Shown in pieces: positions 27,149 through 40,800 of a DNA stretch of 64,000 nucleotides (positions are counted from its first letter, which is position 1; the number at the start of each line of letters is the position of its first letter). The translations under genes were made by a program, and so were the position numbers. Source of the stretch: Chlorokybus atmophyticus (Eukaryota; Plantae; Mesostigma and Chlorokybus algae); the NCBI GenBank assembly GCA_009103225.1, contig RHPI01003366.1:62001-126000 (forward strand). The letters are read 5' to 3'. Under the pieces are notes generated by a model. The model did no database searches, was not told where the DNA came from, and worked only from the letters and a program-made list of their open reading frames with translations.

Positions 27149-29422
27149 ATGGCGGCGGCGGTGGCAGCAGTAACGGCGATGCCCTCCCCAGTAGCGGCTG
27201 CTGCTGCTGGGCCGCAGCGGCTACTCAGCTCAAGAGCGGTGAAGCTTCCACGTTCATCTCCACGTCGCCAGCAGCAGGCGCGTCAGCAGCGGCAGCGTCG
27301 CCCCACCGCCGCTGCTCTCAGCACGCAGCGGCAAGAGCAGGAGGAGGCGCCAGTGCCGTCGTCGTCATCCTCGCTCAGCGTCATCAAGGAGGAGCAGGAA
27401 GAGGATGTGCAACTGGATGTGCTGACGGCCAGGGAGAGGCTGCTGGAGCTGGTGGGACGGCTGGAGCAGGGCAGTCGCGGGGCCGGGGCGGCCAAGGAGG
27501 ACGTGCAGGAGGTCAACAGCCTGGTCGCTGTGCTGGAGGAGGACGGAGGCATGGCGGATCCGGTGAGTGGACCGAGGGGAGGGCTGTGTGTTGGAGGGAT
27601 GGGCATGCATGAGCGCATGCAGCATGCACGCACACAAGCATGTACGTACATTTGTGTTTGATTCGTGCGCGACAGGACAGGCTTGTGCACATTGTGGTGA
27701 GCTCTCGCTGTGTGAGTGCAGGCCAGACATCATCTCTACCAGTAGTATAATCAGTGCAGGCGCATGGCGCGCGACGCATGCCACAGATTACTGCACATGC
27801 CGAGTTCAGGCATTGTTACCTGTGTACCATTGCATGAGTGCGAGCTCTCATCATCACAAAGCGATCACCCTAATGTACTCTCTCGTTCATGTGCACGCCG
27901 CCACCCCCTGACACAATCACCAACACCACAGGCCCTGTCCCGCGCGATCGAGGGTCGGTGGCGCCTTGCTTTCTTGACTCGTCCGGGTTCCGCCTCTCCT
28001 ATCCAGCGCACATTCACCTCCGTTGGCGCCTTCCGCGTGTACCAGGAGATCTCTTTGATCACAGACGACCACACCAACAACCCCGACCCCCGCGTGAGCA
28101 ACGTGGTGGTGTTCGGTGACCGCATCGGCGAGCTTCGCGTGCAGGCGGCCGCGTCGGTAGCACCGGATTCGGGCAGTCGCATCGACTTCCGGTTTGATCG
28201 GGCGGCGTTCGAGTTCAAGTTTCTGCCGTTCAAGGTGCCGTACCCGGTGCCGTTCAAGTTGCTAGGAAAAGAGGCGGAGGGGTGGCTAGATACGACGTAC
28301 CTATCGCCCGCGCTGCGACTTTCACGTGGAAACAAGGTTGGTCCACCCTTCTCTTCGCACGTGCATGTGTGCGTGCTTGTGCCTTCATGTGTGTATCTAT
28401 GTCTGTACCTGTGTTCTTGAGTGTGCGGCGGAGTCTCACATACCATATCAACTGCATACAAAGGTGCTGGCTCTCACGTTTCGTGTACTTCTTCTCCAGG
28501 GGTCGTTGTTTGTTCTTGTGAAGGATGATTCACCAAAGGAGCGCTTGCTGAAGGCCATCGAGACCAGCAGCGGCGTGCAGGAAGTACGTGGGTCTGATGA
28601 TGTACATGAGCTGGACGTGCCCACTCCATGCCCTTGTGGTTACATCTCTGTGCCATAGTGGTGAGTCACTGGTGACATGTTGTGTGCGGTGTCACGAGCA
28701 GGCGATAGATGAGCTGGTGCCTCTGAACCCGAGCAAGGCCCCGGCACGCGACAGACGGTTGAAAGGGCGATGGCAGCAGCTGTGGACCAGCCAGGTTTGG
28801 CTGCCATGTGCTGCATTGATGAATAGACTAAGGTGCATGGACCAGGTCGCAGCAGCTGCTGTCCATTGCCATTAGGCATCCAACTCATCCTGCTTGTTTG
28901 CAGGGAAAGAACGCCAACAGGCTGCAGAAGCTTGTGTCAAATGCTTCCAAAAACTATCAGGTAATTGACGATGAGGCCGGTGACGGCAGGTTACTCAACA
29001 TTGCTGAGGTCGCTGGCGGGATCGCCGTCGTTGCCGAGGCTTCATACAGGTACACGGTACATATGCATACACTTGCAGTATAGTTATAGTGAAGTACATG
29101 CCCACGTCGGAGTGGTGTGAGGTGTCAACTCATTTTCTGCTTTGCAGTGTGTCGAGTTCCAACCGCGTGGATGTTGAGATTGATACGGTGCGCATCAAGC
29201 TGGGACCCCTGAATGTGCCTCTTGGACTGAAAGGGGAGGGCTACGTTGACCAGCTGTAAGTGGCATTTTGTAAGCAAGCAAGACATGCGCTGCATGCATC
29301 ACACTGCCTCTTGTCACCTCTTCAGCACGCTCAGCTGTCATGCTGGCAGGTACTTGGACGAGACTTTGAGAGTGAGCCAGGGCAACAAAGGCAGTGTGTT
29401 CATACATAAAAAGGTGTGCTGA
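27149..29422 (+). CDS. FBN10: Two-domain plastid fibrillin (FBN10/PAP12-like)
   Basis: EGRWRLAFLTRPGSASPIQRTF...PRVSNVV...FRFDRAAFEFKFLPFKVPYPVPFKLLGKEAEGWLDTTYLS...SRGNKG. A second fibrillin domain ends YLDETLRVSQGNKGSVFIHKK. Transit-peptide-like N-terminus. Confidence 0.9.
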
Positions 29423-30574
29423 GGGAGCCATTGTAGAGCCTGAATAGTGCCATTCGGGTTAGCTTAGGGGTAGAGAGTTGTTTTGAGTATTTTTTGTGTG
29501 TATGGTGTTGTATATGCGGTTGTTGCAGTTGGTGTGTGGTGGTAGAGTTTAATAAGCAAGTTGGTGTGTCGTGAAACTTTTTGTTACACCTTTTATCTGT
29601 GGGCCTTCAGCATGTGAGCTGCAGTGAATGTGCTTATGTTACTCGCGTTGCGTTCCATGGGGTTCACTACTGGTTTGTGCTCTGCATGCTTTAGTGCAAC
29701 TCAACCTGAACAGGACTCTTTCTTTGACTGGGTCTACAGCATTGTTTCCTGGCGCATGACTACGGCACTTTGAGTTGCTGCACTCATGTCATGTGTGCAT
29801 CAAGAACATGGTGCAGGTAGGTCGCACATGCATGCCACAACCCCCTTGTTGCATTCATCGCACACAAGCACATGCAACAAGGTCTAGCCTGGCAGTGACA
29901 ACCAAGGTCTGTAAGACAAGATCACAGTTCCTTTCTGTCCTGCTCCCCCATCATACTGCTCGCGACATTACTGGATCTGCTTTTCGCGCTGTCGTGTAAG
30001 AAACAACCAACTCCTGCACCAAGCACATCAGTCCAGACTCGTCCATTTCGTTCCCCACACGCCAAGCTGCAATCGCCGCCTGCCTCTCTCTGCTGCCGCA
30101 CACGCGACACCACTGTCTGGACTGGCACACCACAGAAACAACAGCACTAAGACCACTTACACACAAGTCATTTTGTCACGGTGGTGCGAGCGTCGCTTCG
30201 ATTGATTGCTGCGCACGCGCACGCGCCGACAACCGTCGGATGATTTCATCTCACGGCGGTGCTCGCACGACAACGCGTCGACGTGGCCGCACGGCTGCAT
30301 GGCCAGCCGGTCAGGGCGATATTTGCTCTGGCGGGCGGCGATGTTACCTTAGAGACGGCGGCGACGGCGGCGGCGACGGGGTAGTGGGCGAAGACTTGGA
30401 GGTGGCGGCGTGCGGCGAGAGAAACAAAGGGCGTTGGGTTGGGGTTACTGGAATAAGGGGTTGCTTAGATCAATACCTACAGTGGGGCTATGAGGCGTTG
30501 TTAGGTCAGTCCGCCGAGACTTGGAGGAGGATGTGCACTGGGCTGTGATTAGGTCTGTGTGTTGGCGGGGATAC

Positions 30575-31566
30575 ATGGGCCCAAGCGCGACGCAGCAGCA
30601 GCAGCAGCAGGTTCAGACCAAGGCAACTTCTACTTCCCGCCCCTCAGACAACCTGCTGCACAGACTCGTGCAACGAGAAACGTGTGCAGCCCGCCCAAGC
30701 GCCTCTGTACGTACCATCTCATTTCTACTGATGTACAAATAACATTGCAGTTATGCATTGTCGTGCATGCACGCAGCGAGTGTATTTGTTATGTAACACT
30801 TGGTTGACTGGTCAAATGCGTTTCTTGTTGCTGGTAGATAAACCGCGCGCGGACGCTGTACGAAAACATTGTTCCTTCTCATAGCGTCTTCAACGTGGAC
30901 TGCCCAGACGTCAGCTACCGCAAATTCACGCCAGACGGGAGATATCTCATCGCATTCAGCAGAAGCCAACAGGTATGCTGATGTTTTTCCACTCAGTATT
31001 AGTTCTGAGTTGATGGCATTGCAGTCACGTTGCACTCACTCGTTGGGACTTTTTAAATTTGTTGATAGTAAGGTTTGTGCGTTGCCTGTTTTCTTCCATT
31101 GGGCACACTGGTGTTGTAGTACACTCTTGTATATTCACAAAGATTGCAGATTATGCATTACCAACAGTTGGAAGTCCGTGCTCTTGGCCCTGCTGCGGGT
31201 GTGTGTGCGTCCCCTTGTTATCACTGTGTAATCTGGACGCTTCACAGCGTTCCCCAAATCCTAAATACTGTTGGTAGAGGGGTCCTTGCCTGCTGATTAT
31301 GGACACTTGTTTGATGGGCCCACATATTGCAGGAGTTGGTGGTTTTCCGGTACGACGGTTTGCGGTTTTGCTGGCGCGGTGAAGACAACGATGAGGACGA
31401 GCAGATGCGCTACGCGGACCACGCGAAGAAGTTTGAGAACCACTTCACGCACCTGTATTCCAAAGCCCTCACGGGCGGTGCCGAGCTGCTGTGCAAGGAG
31501 TTTCTCCTCATAACATGCAATGGGGAGTTTGCTATCGTGGCATCATCCACCCCACCCGACAGCAGC

Positions 31567-31603
<37 letters not shown>

Positions 31604-33910
31604 GCGATGCCAATGCGATGCCGAAGGTGCCGTCAATGGAGTGCATCACGTTTCATCTGGTGAGGCTGGCCGACGGGCGCATGCTGGACCGAAGGCAATT
31701 CAAGGACGACTTCATACAGCTACCCAACAACGCGGGAGTGTTCTTGTATGAAGACCTGCTCGCCGTGCTCTCCATACGCTACCAGAGCATATATATCCTT
31801 CAGGTGCGTACACGTACACAACACACTTAGCCACAGGAGGTGCACAGTTTTGGCAGCATCGTCACCGTTCCCCTTTTACTGAGGCGACTTGGACAAGGTT
31901 GTTATCGTGCCTAGTAATTTATGTCTCTGCCCAGATTGCATGTTTGTTGAAAGCCCACTGTGGCTGTGCTTGACATTGTCACAATACTTGTCCCGCATGC
32001 AGGTGCGACCTTCAGGGCAGTTGATTGACATCCACACAATCGGCCCGCACTGTCGAGCGGACGACAACCTCGTCATCAGTCTTCAGCTGGAGGTGCGTGT
32101 CCGCAAGTATGTGTGTGATGCTCCTCACGTGCAGCAACTGACACTCTCACCTGTGGCTCAGGCTGAGGCCAGGCACAATAAGGCCACAACAGATACCAAA
32201 CACTGCACCTTCCAGCGTCTCGCGCCGGCGGGACCAGAGTTGCAGGTTGTCCCGTCCATCGCCAGCGCCGGCACGCAGCCCACCGGGACGGGCCGGGGCG
32301 CTGCCGGGGCTGGCAGAGGGCATGCGGACGGTCTCGATGATCAACACACGCACACAACGACTACTACGGGTCATGCGGGAGGTTTCGCACCTGGCTTTGG
32401 TGCGCACTTTGCGGGGAGGGGAACGGCGGCGGCGGCGGCACCTGCGGGTGGGTGGGCTTGCCGGCAGTTGCTGCAGTTGACCGTTTTGTCGTTGTGCTAT
32501 TGTAGCTGAGTTGGTACAGCAGGGGTTGGGCGAGGGCACTATATGGCAGCATTGATGGCGCATGCCGCTTCGCCACCGGCGCAACCGCAGGTGCGTGGGC
32601 GGTTACTTAATCACTGGCTGGAAAGAGAGCGCGTGTGCGTGCGCAAGTGTGGCCTCAGCTGTGTGTTTGTCACCTCATTTTCTGGTGTCATGTGTTCCAG
32701 GCTCCTGATGGGCCTGCAGCTGAGAACGTTGGCAATCATAATAACAATGCCAACAACCAGCACGCCGCGGCAAATGAAGGTGAAAACGCAACAACGGCAG
32801 CTGTGGGTACCGGCAACCAGCCGCTGCCATCAACAACGGCAACCGATGGCCCTTCAGGCAGCAGCAGCGCGCGTGCTTCCCTGTCTCAGCTGACGGGTCT
32901 GAAGCAACGTCTCCTCGCGTTCGTGCACCGTTCCGCTCTGGCGAGCGGCGGCGGCGACGCGGTGGCTCGCTTCCACTACCACCTGAAGCACTACGAGGAG
33001 CTCGCCATGTGGCGCGTGCAGTTCCTCGACCGACACCACCTTCTAGTGAAGTACGGCAGCGTGGAGGGCGTGTTGCAGCGCGCGCACGACCACGCCGCCG
33101 CTGCGGTACAGAACGCCTTCTTCATGGTGTACAACCTCGACACCACGGAGGTGCTGGGCTTTTATCAAAATGCGTCGGACCAGCTGCTGTCGCTATATGA
33201 GAGATTTGGAGACCAGTTTCGGGCGTGTAATCGCGAGCCGCTCACGTTGAGCTACGCATCGTCGCCGAGCAACAACGACTTCGCGCGAGAGCAGCTGCTC
33301 AAACAGAAGGCAGCAGTCTCGCATGGATCGAAGACGAACCGCGCACAGGTTGTGAAGCGGCTGTTGCAGTCGCTGCCGTTCAACGCGCAAGGCTTCAGCC
33401 CCTCGGCGTATTTCGACCAGTCCCTCTTTCAGTTTGATGAAAAGGTACACGGCATCGGAGGATGGTTGTTGTGCTTGCTCACTTAGCTGCGGAAAACAAT
33501 AACAACATCTCATGTTTGCTTGTGCGCATCAACAGTTGATATCGGCATCGGAACAGCCCAAGCCCTTTGTTGAGCACCCCGTGAAGTTTCTCTCGCGTCG
33601 AAAGCCCAACACTCTCAAGTTCAAAATAAATCCCGGTAAGGAGCGCGTTTGCTCCACGCGCATGCCACCTGCAATGTGATGCCTGCATTTGCGTGTGTGA
33701 TGCCATCCTCTATGCAAGAACACTCGTATCTCGGGTTTAAGTGCAAGGAGATGAACTTGCATCACCGTTGTAGGTTTGGATTCTGGAGCAGCGGATGCGC
33801 GCAATAAGCGGCTCGCGTGCTACATCTTCCATCCCATCTTCCCGTTTGCCATATCGCTGCAGCAGGCTTACATGCAGCCGTCACCTATGAACTTCCATCT
33901 TCGCCAATGA
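30575..33910 (+). CDS. DET1: DET1 (de-etiolated 1, CDD complex); start codon approximate
   Basis: NLLHRLVQRE; YENIVPSHSVFNVDCPDVSYRKFTPDGRYLIAFS; FEGHFTHLY-like FENHFTHLY; LCKEFLL; FLDRHHLLVKYGS; SPSAYFDQSLFQFDEK; C-terminus YIFHPIFPFAISLQQAYMQPSPMNFHLRQ-stop. Confidence 0.95.
31567..31602 (+). repeat. (AAC)12 coding microsatellite giving poly-Asn inside DET1
   Basis: Translates as PDSSNNNNNNNNNNNNSDANA. Confidence 0.95.
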
Positions 33911-34838
33911 CTGATGCTGCCGCTGGCTTTGCCAACTGCAGAGTATGTCCTAGTTAGCTTCACTACATAGAAGCTGCCAATATATGAGTGGTTGATGGGG
34001 ATGGTGCTGGAGGACATCCTACGATCGGCAAGTGTGTCTGTGCATATTGCACAGGGTAGGGCTAGCTAGGTAGGTAGTTGATAGACTGCTGGTTGCAAGG
34101 CTATCAACCGAATATTTTCCATTCAACGAGTTGGCGAGTAAGGGAAACTGGTATTGCATACGCCGGCAGGGACTGATGTTGTGGTAAACTTCCGTTGACA
34201 GTGCGGCTGTTTGTGGCAGCCAACAGTACACAATCCCAAACCCGCTTTTCATGTGGCGCGCGCATCTGTGACTGGTTATTTCATTGCGGTCGCTTGGTCG
34301 TTCCCTGCTCAGATCATCACACATGCATACTGCCCATGTTTAGACAATGCACAACTGTCTGCGAGATTGCGTCCAAACAGAGTTGCACATGGCGTGCAAG
34401 TGTAATGCATCAACAATCACGCATGGTAACTGACTGAAGCAAAATCAGCTGGCGCATCTCTCGGACGTGGCTCAACGAACTTACAATAGACCGCGCGGTG
34501 ATCAACAAGTCACAGCTGCTGGTGCTATGCTTACATGAAGCTCATTCCATGCTAGAAGCTCACTTCAAGCCAAGTCGCGTTGATGCGCCTGTTGTGCAAC
34601 TGCCTGCCAATGACCGATCACGAACCACGCATTTCTAGACAGTTGTCAGGAGGGCAGCTGTCGTCGTTCTGCATCTACAACATGCCATCAGCCACGGCAA
34701 CACGCATGCTTGATGGCGCTTTGATGTGGCTGTCAGGCTTGCTATTCGGCATGTGGTACTTGCTGCACATGCTGTGCTCAACCACAGTACGCCATGTCGG
34801 GTGTGTGTACAGAACTGCATGGCACCATACTAGTAAAG

Positions 34839-36321
34839 CTATGAGACTCCTCCTCCTCCTCCTGCTGCTGCTGCTGTTTTCTTTCCTCCTCCTTCCAGCG
34901 CCTCCAGCTTGGCCATCAGGTCCCTCTGCTGCGCCTCAAACTCGCGCCGCATCTCCTCCTGCAGCTGCTCCAGGCGCGACACCACGGCCGACTCGACCTT
35001 CTGAGTGATCTCGTCAGGGATAGCCGCTGCAAGCACGCACAGTGCACACATTCAAGCAGTCGACATGCAGAGAGTCGTGTGCGAATGTGCTATGTGTGCA
35101 GCACCAACAGCCACAGCTCCCTCACCCTCGTATGCCGCGCGTATCTCCGCCTCCTTGGCCTCCTCCTCTGCCTTGAGCCTCCTCTCCTCCTCCTCACGCG
35201 CACGCTCCTGCACACACACAATCAGAACACACGCACGTCGCGCCCTGAGACCCAACAACGCAATATTGCCCACCGCTTCGACGTGCGATCTCTCCACTCT
35301 CCTCCTCTCCCACTCCTCCTCGTCCACGGCCATCGCCAGCGCGGGCGGCACGGGCGGCGGGGACGGGACGTCCGCCCGCGTGGACAAGGAGAGAGACATG
35401 TTGGAAGCGAAGGCGTGCTGGTACAGACGGTAGTGCCGATAGTAACTGCAGATGGAGGAGGAGGAGAGGTTCATGCGTGTTTGTTGTGATGTTGGTGTGA
35501 TGCCATGTCGAGTGTGCCTACGTGTTGAGCGTGTAGTCGGTGATCTTCTCCACGTCTGGGAGAGAGAATATCCCTGTGGAAAAGGGTGGCCGCTGCACGC
35601 TGTGGGTTAACAACAGCGCCTTGAAAAGTGCAAAGCTAGCCGTAGCCGTCAACCTCCCACCTGATACAAACAATCATGTCTTGAGATGGACAGCAGTCAT
35701 ACCAGCATGTTGTGTGTAGATGTGTATATGAAACTCACTGATGGCGTCTTCGTGGTTGCGCTTCAGCACGGATACGAGAGCGGACGTTCTTTCGCGGGAG
35801 AACGCGCATGCGTCGCGGGCGAAGCGCAGCGCGTGGAAGATCATATCGATCACGATCGCGCCTCTGTGCGAGAAAACACCATCCTGATCCATGCGCAGGA
35901 ACTCCGCCAGCTTGCTGCGTGGGTGGGTTGGGTTGCTGCTTGTGTTCGTGTGTGTTTACGTTGTTGGCATCGTGACTGGCTGCTTACGTGCGTGTGAGGG
36001 TGTCGTCGGTGGATGTGGCAGCGAGGTCGTCTAGTTGCGAGCGAGAGAGGTCAGACCACAGCAACACCTTTGCATGCGGGTGGGGGTGCGCCTGCGTCAG
36101 GTGCATTGTATGCGCGCGGACGTGTATGCGTACGTGCGTGCGTGTGAGTGCGTGCGTGTGCGTGTGCGTGTGCGCGTGTGTGAGTGCAAGCGCCTATGAG
36201 TGTAGAGCGGGGATGCGCATGTACCAGTGGGTACTACATTAACTGTGTAATTGCGTACTTGTGTATCTGTATGTTTGTCCAAGCTTCGGCTGCCGCCTGC
36301 CGGCGGCAAAGCCATCCCCAT
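34839..36321 (-). CDS. Flagellar central-pair C1a-32 / CFAP119 (CLAMP-domain)-like protein; start uncertain
   Basis: KVLLWSDLSRSQLDDL...; GAIVIDMIFHALRFARDACAFSRERTSALVSVLKRNH resembles the CLAMP-domain core; charged coiled-coil C-terminus (AIPDEITQKVESAVVSRLEQLQEEMRREFEAQQRDL). Confidence 0.65.
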
Positions 36322-36649
36322 CGGCTTGTCTGCAGGTAGAAAAGATCTGGCCGCTAGCTGGCTCGCACAGCCTGCTAGCTGGCTCATTCCACTGCCCTGG
36401 CCTGAATTAGACGCCCTCGGCAGTTGCCTGCTGCCGCCGCCCCCTAACGCGGTTGCCCTTGCCGCCGCCGCCGCCGCCGCCCACTTCGGCCTGGCCTGGC
36501 CTGGCCTGGCCAGCCAGCAGCGACGAGTGATTCGTTGGACTGGTTGCGCTTTCCTGGGAGTGTAAACCACGTGATGCGTTGTTGTGTAGAGAATTATGTA
36601 ACGCAAGAGAATAATGCGCAAAGGGGAGGTGCCTGACACACTTTCTGTG

Positions 36650-37850
36650 TGTACGTGAGTTTGTTAGCAAGCAACGCGCATGCTTTGAACACTAAAAGTT
36701 CAAGCATTGTGACACAACATAGCGCTATGACATAATAGTTGATGAACAAACTTTGCTGTAATAGTACTCCACTGCTTTATCGTGCGATGTAATTTGTTGC
36801 ATCCGCTTGTTGTACCGGTTTTCCAACTCAACTTGAGCACGCATGTTAATACATGTATAATACACTACGATTTCTATCGTTTGCATCCCATCCATTGGCA
36901 TTGCAATTTTATCATTATTTCACAATGCGTAATATGACCAGCACACTCAACCATAACTATGCTGCTCTTGCATGGATGTGTGCCGGATACTTAAATGAGA
37001 ACTACTCAACATGACTTGCTTTATAACATTGTAACAACAACATTATTATAAGTATGTATGTAATCAATAAACATCATTAAGCATTATAAAGCATAATGCT
37101 GGATGTGCATCATTCATTTAAGATAATGACCTATGCGCAAACGCGCAAGGTCTGCTAATATGGATTGCATATTGCACTGCTAATAGCAGTCTGCTTTATT
37201 AGACTGCGTGCATTATGTTTCCTTCATGGCAATTAACATTCACACTCATACCAATGCAACTTGGTTTATTTTTATGATTTTGTAACATGTATTTGATGGA
37301 TTAATTATGGATTTGTCATACTCAAATGTGCGAACTATAATGTTCCAAACGATATTACGAAACTACATGTGTTGCATGTCTGTAACACATGTATTATATA
37401 CGGGCATGTCTCGTCAACTATCATAAATCGTGTGGTAAGATGTTGTACTTTGATTTACTTATACCTGGTGCACAATGCGTGTGCGTGTGTGTGACGCATA
37501 CAGAGCAAGGTGTCTCACTTTTGAATACTTATTCATGATAGTAAGTCAGGCTGTGAGGATTCCGCTTCTTGTGCATGTGTACTATGTAAACTACATTATT
37601 TCGTTTCATGACTCGTGAGCAAATTGTGTAGTGCTTGTGCACAGTCTTGCCTTAAGACCATGCGACCTTCAAGGTGGGCATGATAAACTGCACAAGGCAT
37701 AAGTGAGCATCAAGTGCACAAAGCTGCTTAATGGTGATGGTACATAGCTCGGCGATTTCACATTGATGCCTTGATGACAATGTCACTGTGACATTCTCAC
37801 TTGGTGCTGCCATGCAGCAGACCTAAGCTCATCCCTTAGTAGAGGATAAC
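36650..37850. repeat. AT-rich, CpG-depleted block (decayed repeat)
   Basis: No ORF of 60 aa or more in the track across ~1.2 kb; TG/CA-rich composition. Confidence 0.4.
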
Positions 37851-40800
37851 TCGGAGTGCGTCGCAAATTTTACACGGTGACTGACTAGGGACTGAGGGAC
37901 TGACGAGTGCCTGACCCTACCTGATTGTATCTAACCCTAACGACTTGGGCCATAAAGGGACTGACTGGACTGCCGGTGTATATTGTGGATACCAATCTAC
38001 GGCCAATGGCCTATCGTACAATATAATGGACTGCTGCCTGTCATGACCTGCTTGTAATATGTGTCGACGGCCGACCGATGGTTGTACAGCACCCGCGGCG
38101 GCGATCTACCTGTTATGGCAATAAAGTCACCTCTCAGTCCCCTAGTTCCGCTAATGATACGGAATATTTACGTAGTTAATACGACCGACCGCCGATCGTA
38201 TAGCATTTTGCGACGGTGATGTATTAAAGATGGCAAGCAAGTGACTTATCAGTCCCAGCTTAGGGACGAGCGGTGGCGGTGAGTTGGGACAAGTATCGAT
38301 ATATGATACGATGGAAGTTTCGTCTCAAGACAATGGTACGATCGTACCATCGATATGGTACAGCAAGACCATTACAATGGTACCATTGTATTGATACTTT
38401 TGTACCATTACGCTGGTACAGCATTATCATCGTAATGGTACGATAGTGTCATAAGGGAAGCCGTTGGATTTGTAAACTCAACAGCCCCCTTGTGAATTTA
38501 AGCGCTAAGCCGCAACACAACGCTCAACTTTGCAAGCTGACTTGTGCAGTTGAGCGTTGTACTGCTGCGGCGGCGGCGACGGCGGTGGCGGTGGCGGTGG
38601 CGGCGGCGGCGGCGGCGGTGGCGGGTATGAGCTTGTGTGCTTGTGCATGTCTTGTCGTGTAGTGCGCAGCAGCGCAGCCTGACCGCCCTTCCACCCTTCG
38701 TGTTGCAGGGCGGCCACCAGGCCAAGCCAGGTGGCGGCGGCGGCGGCCGCCAGCAGGTGCGCTGTTGTTGTGGTGGTGGTAGTGGTGGTGGTGTGTATAT
38801 GCTGTGTTGCGCTGCCCTAGCTAACCGCCCCTCTTTCCTCAGAACGACCAGGCTAGGAGGGCGGAAGCAGCAGGCAAGCGGCAGCACAAGACTTAGCGGT
38901 GGCAGACTGTAGTGTAGTTGGTAGTACTACTGCGGTAGTAGTGTAGTAGTATACCGTGGTACGTTAGTATTGGGGCTTGTACTGTGTAGGTGACATGTAT
39001 ATGACTGTGATGTAATCAAGTTGTGATATATGATTGCCGTCTTGCACAGTCGATGTCACACAAACGCGGTACCTACTCATCACTGACGGTATTCTAAGGT
39101 ACCATAAATCAAAACTAGGTACCTGGCAGTTAGGGACGATTACCACAAAGTTGCCGGTACTTCACTGATAAGTACCGGTTAGATACCTGTTAGTTAGGCT
39201 AAGTGACCTTGGCTTGACTGATAGGTATCCTACAGATACCGGTTAGTTAGATCAAGTCCCTTTTGCTTGACTGATAAGTACCTGACAGGTACCTGTCCGT
39301 CTAAGTCAGTCCTTTTGTGTAAACGGCCGGGGACGGCCATTATACTCAGGTCTCTATATCGAGATTACAGGTGGACTAAGCCACGACAGTCCAAATGAGT
39401 ATCCTCAGGTGCACGGCCGTTACCTGTTTTTGATTGGCCGGCAGGGGAAACATTTTGCGACGTGCCTTGACTCCTGGTTGGTCAACTGTCACGCTCGAAG
39501 AACTTGTTTGATTCACTCACAATTCCTTACTTATGTGGTAAGGAAGAAGGGCTAGTAGTCATGGCCCATGACGGTGTGTGTGGCATACATGCACATAGGG
39601 TCAAATAATAAACACTTGGTGCATGAGCACATCATGATAGCAGCTACACAAGGTCTACAAGTAGGTACAGGACTCTTCATTGTCAAGTGCAGAGTCTCAA
39701 AAGCACCAACAGTGTTGCCTATATTGATGTTTTTAAAGGTGGACAAAGTCAGCACGTGCTGACAAGTTTGCGCCGTGGCCTAGGGCATCCAGGCCAACAA
39801 GGCCATGGTGGCGAGGCCTTGTCCTCCAACATCCCATGTGCTAGGGTCGGAGAGCAACGAGTGATATAAGGGTGTGACTGACACCTTGCGCCACAGTGGT
39901 GGCAATGAGTTGCTGGCCTTGCAAGACTACTTGTGTGTGGGGTGCCTGGCTAAAAGCTGTTGGAGGGCTCTCCCCATCCACTCCCTTGTGGGTTGCTGCT
40001 TGCAAAATGTGTATACACATCTTTTATTATGAAAATTCACGTGGTTGTGCAGAAGTTTGTAGCCCTCATCAGCAGCCTTACCGGGTAAATGAGGGGCAAA
40101 CGTGACATAAACATAGCTGTGGACTCCTTCGGAAGGCACGGAGCCTTAGCATTGGTTGTTGCTAGGTCTGAAGGCAGCAAGGGGGACTCCGGGAGTACAT
40201 TGGGGCGTTGCCAACAGGGTGTTGGGCAATGGAGCTCGAGAGGACTTACTCTACTCTTAGGTGGGGTGTGCCTAGCTTGGTTGTTTAAGGGCCCCGGGCC
40301 CTCCCCATTCCCATGCGGGGGTGCTTGTTGACAATATTTAGTAAGTGTTTTGGTTCTTTCTTAAAGCTTGCTACGCTCCAAGACAAGTACGTGTGCGTGC
40401 GTGCGTGCGCGCATGAGTGTGTGCGTGTGTGTGTGTGCGCGTGTGTGTGTGGTACATATAAAGCTTGCCGGGCAGCATGATGCTGCCTTTGCATTCATAA
40501 TCACACATACTCAACATGCAGGCTGCTTTCCCACAATACACACAACATGCTAAGTCTAATTGGTACCAGCATTGTTGCTGCGCGTTTGCTTAGAACAAAA
40601 GTGCATACGGTCCAATACAAGACGTCCACTGCGAGATTTTCAACACAAGCTTTGATCTTGTTGCAAGTACTACAGTAGCAATCAATCCAAATGTTGATTG
40701 CTACTTGCAACCATAGCATTTGACAATGAAAACGTTTGTCATCCTAGCTAGCATGAGGGAGCGACTGCCATGTTTTCAACCAGTCAACATGGCTTCATCA

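Noticed and set aside
30028-30125. 10-bp stem CAGTCCAGAC/GTCTGGACTG enclosing ~78 nt (snoRNA-like size)
   Set aside because: No C or D boxes on either strand and no internal pairing.
37869-39323. Possible short TIR pair TTTACAC...GACTGACT / AGTCAGTC...GTGTAAA defining a smaller element
   Set aside because: Homology with the right arm continues past 39323, so this is not convincingly a terminus; the match is short and gapped.
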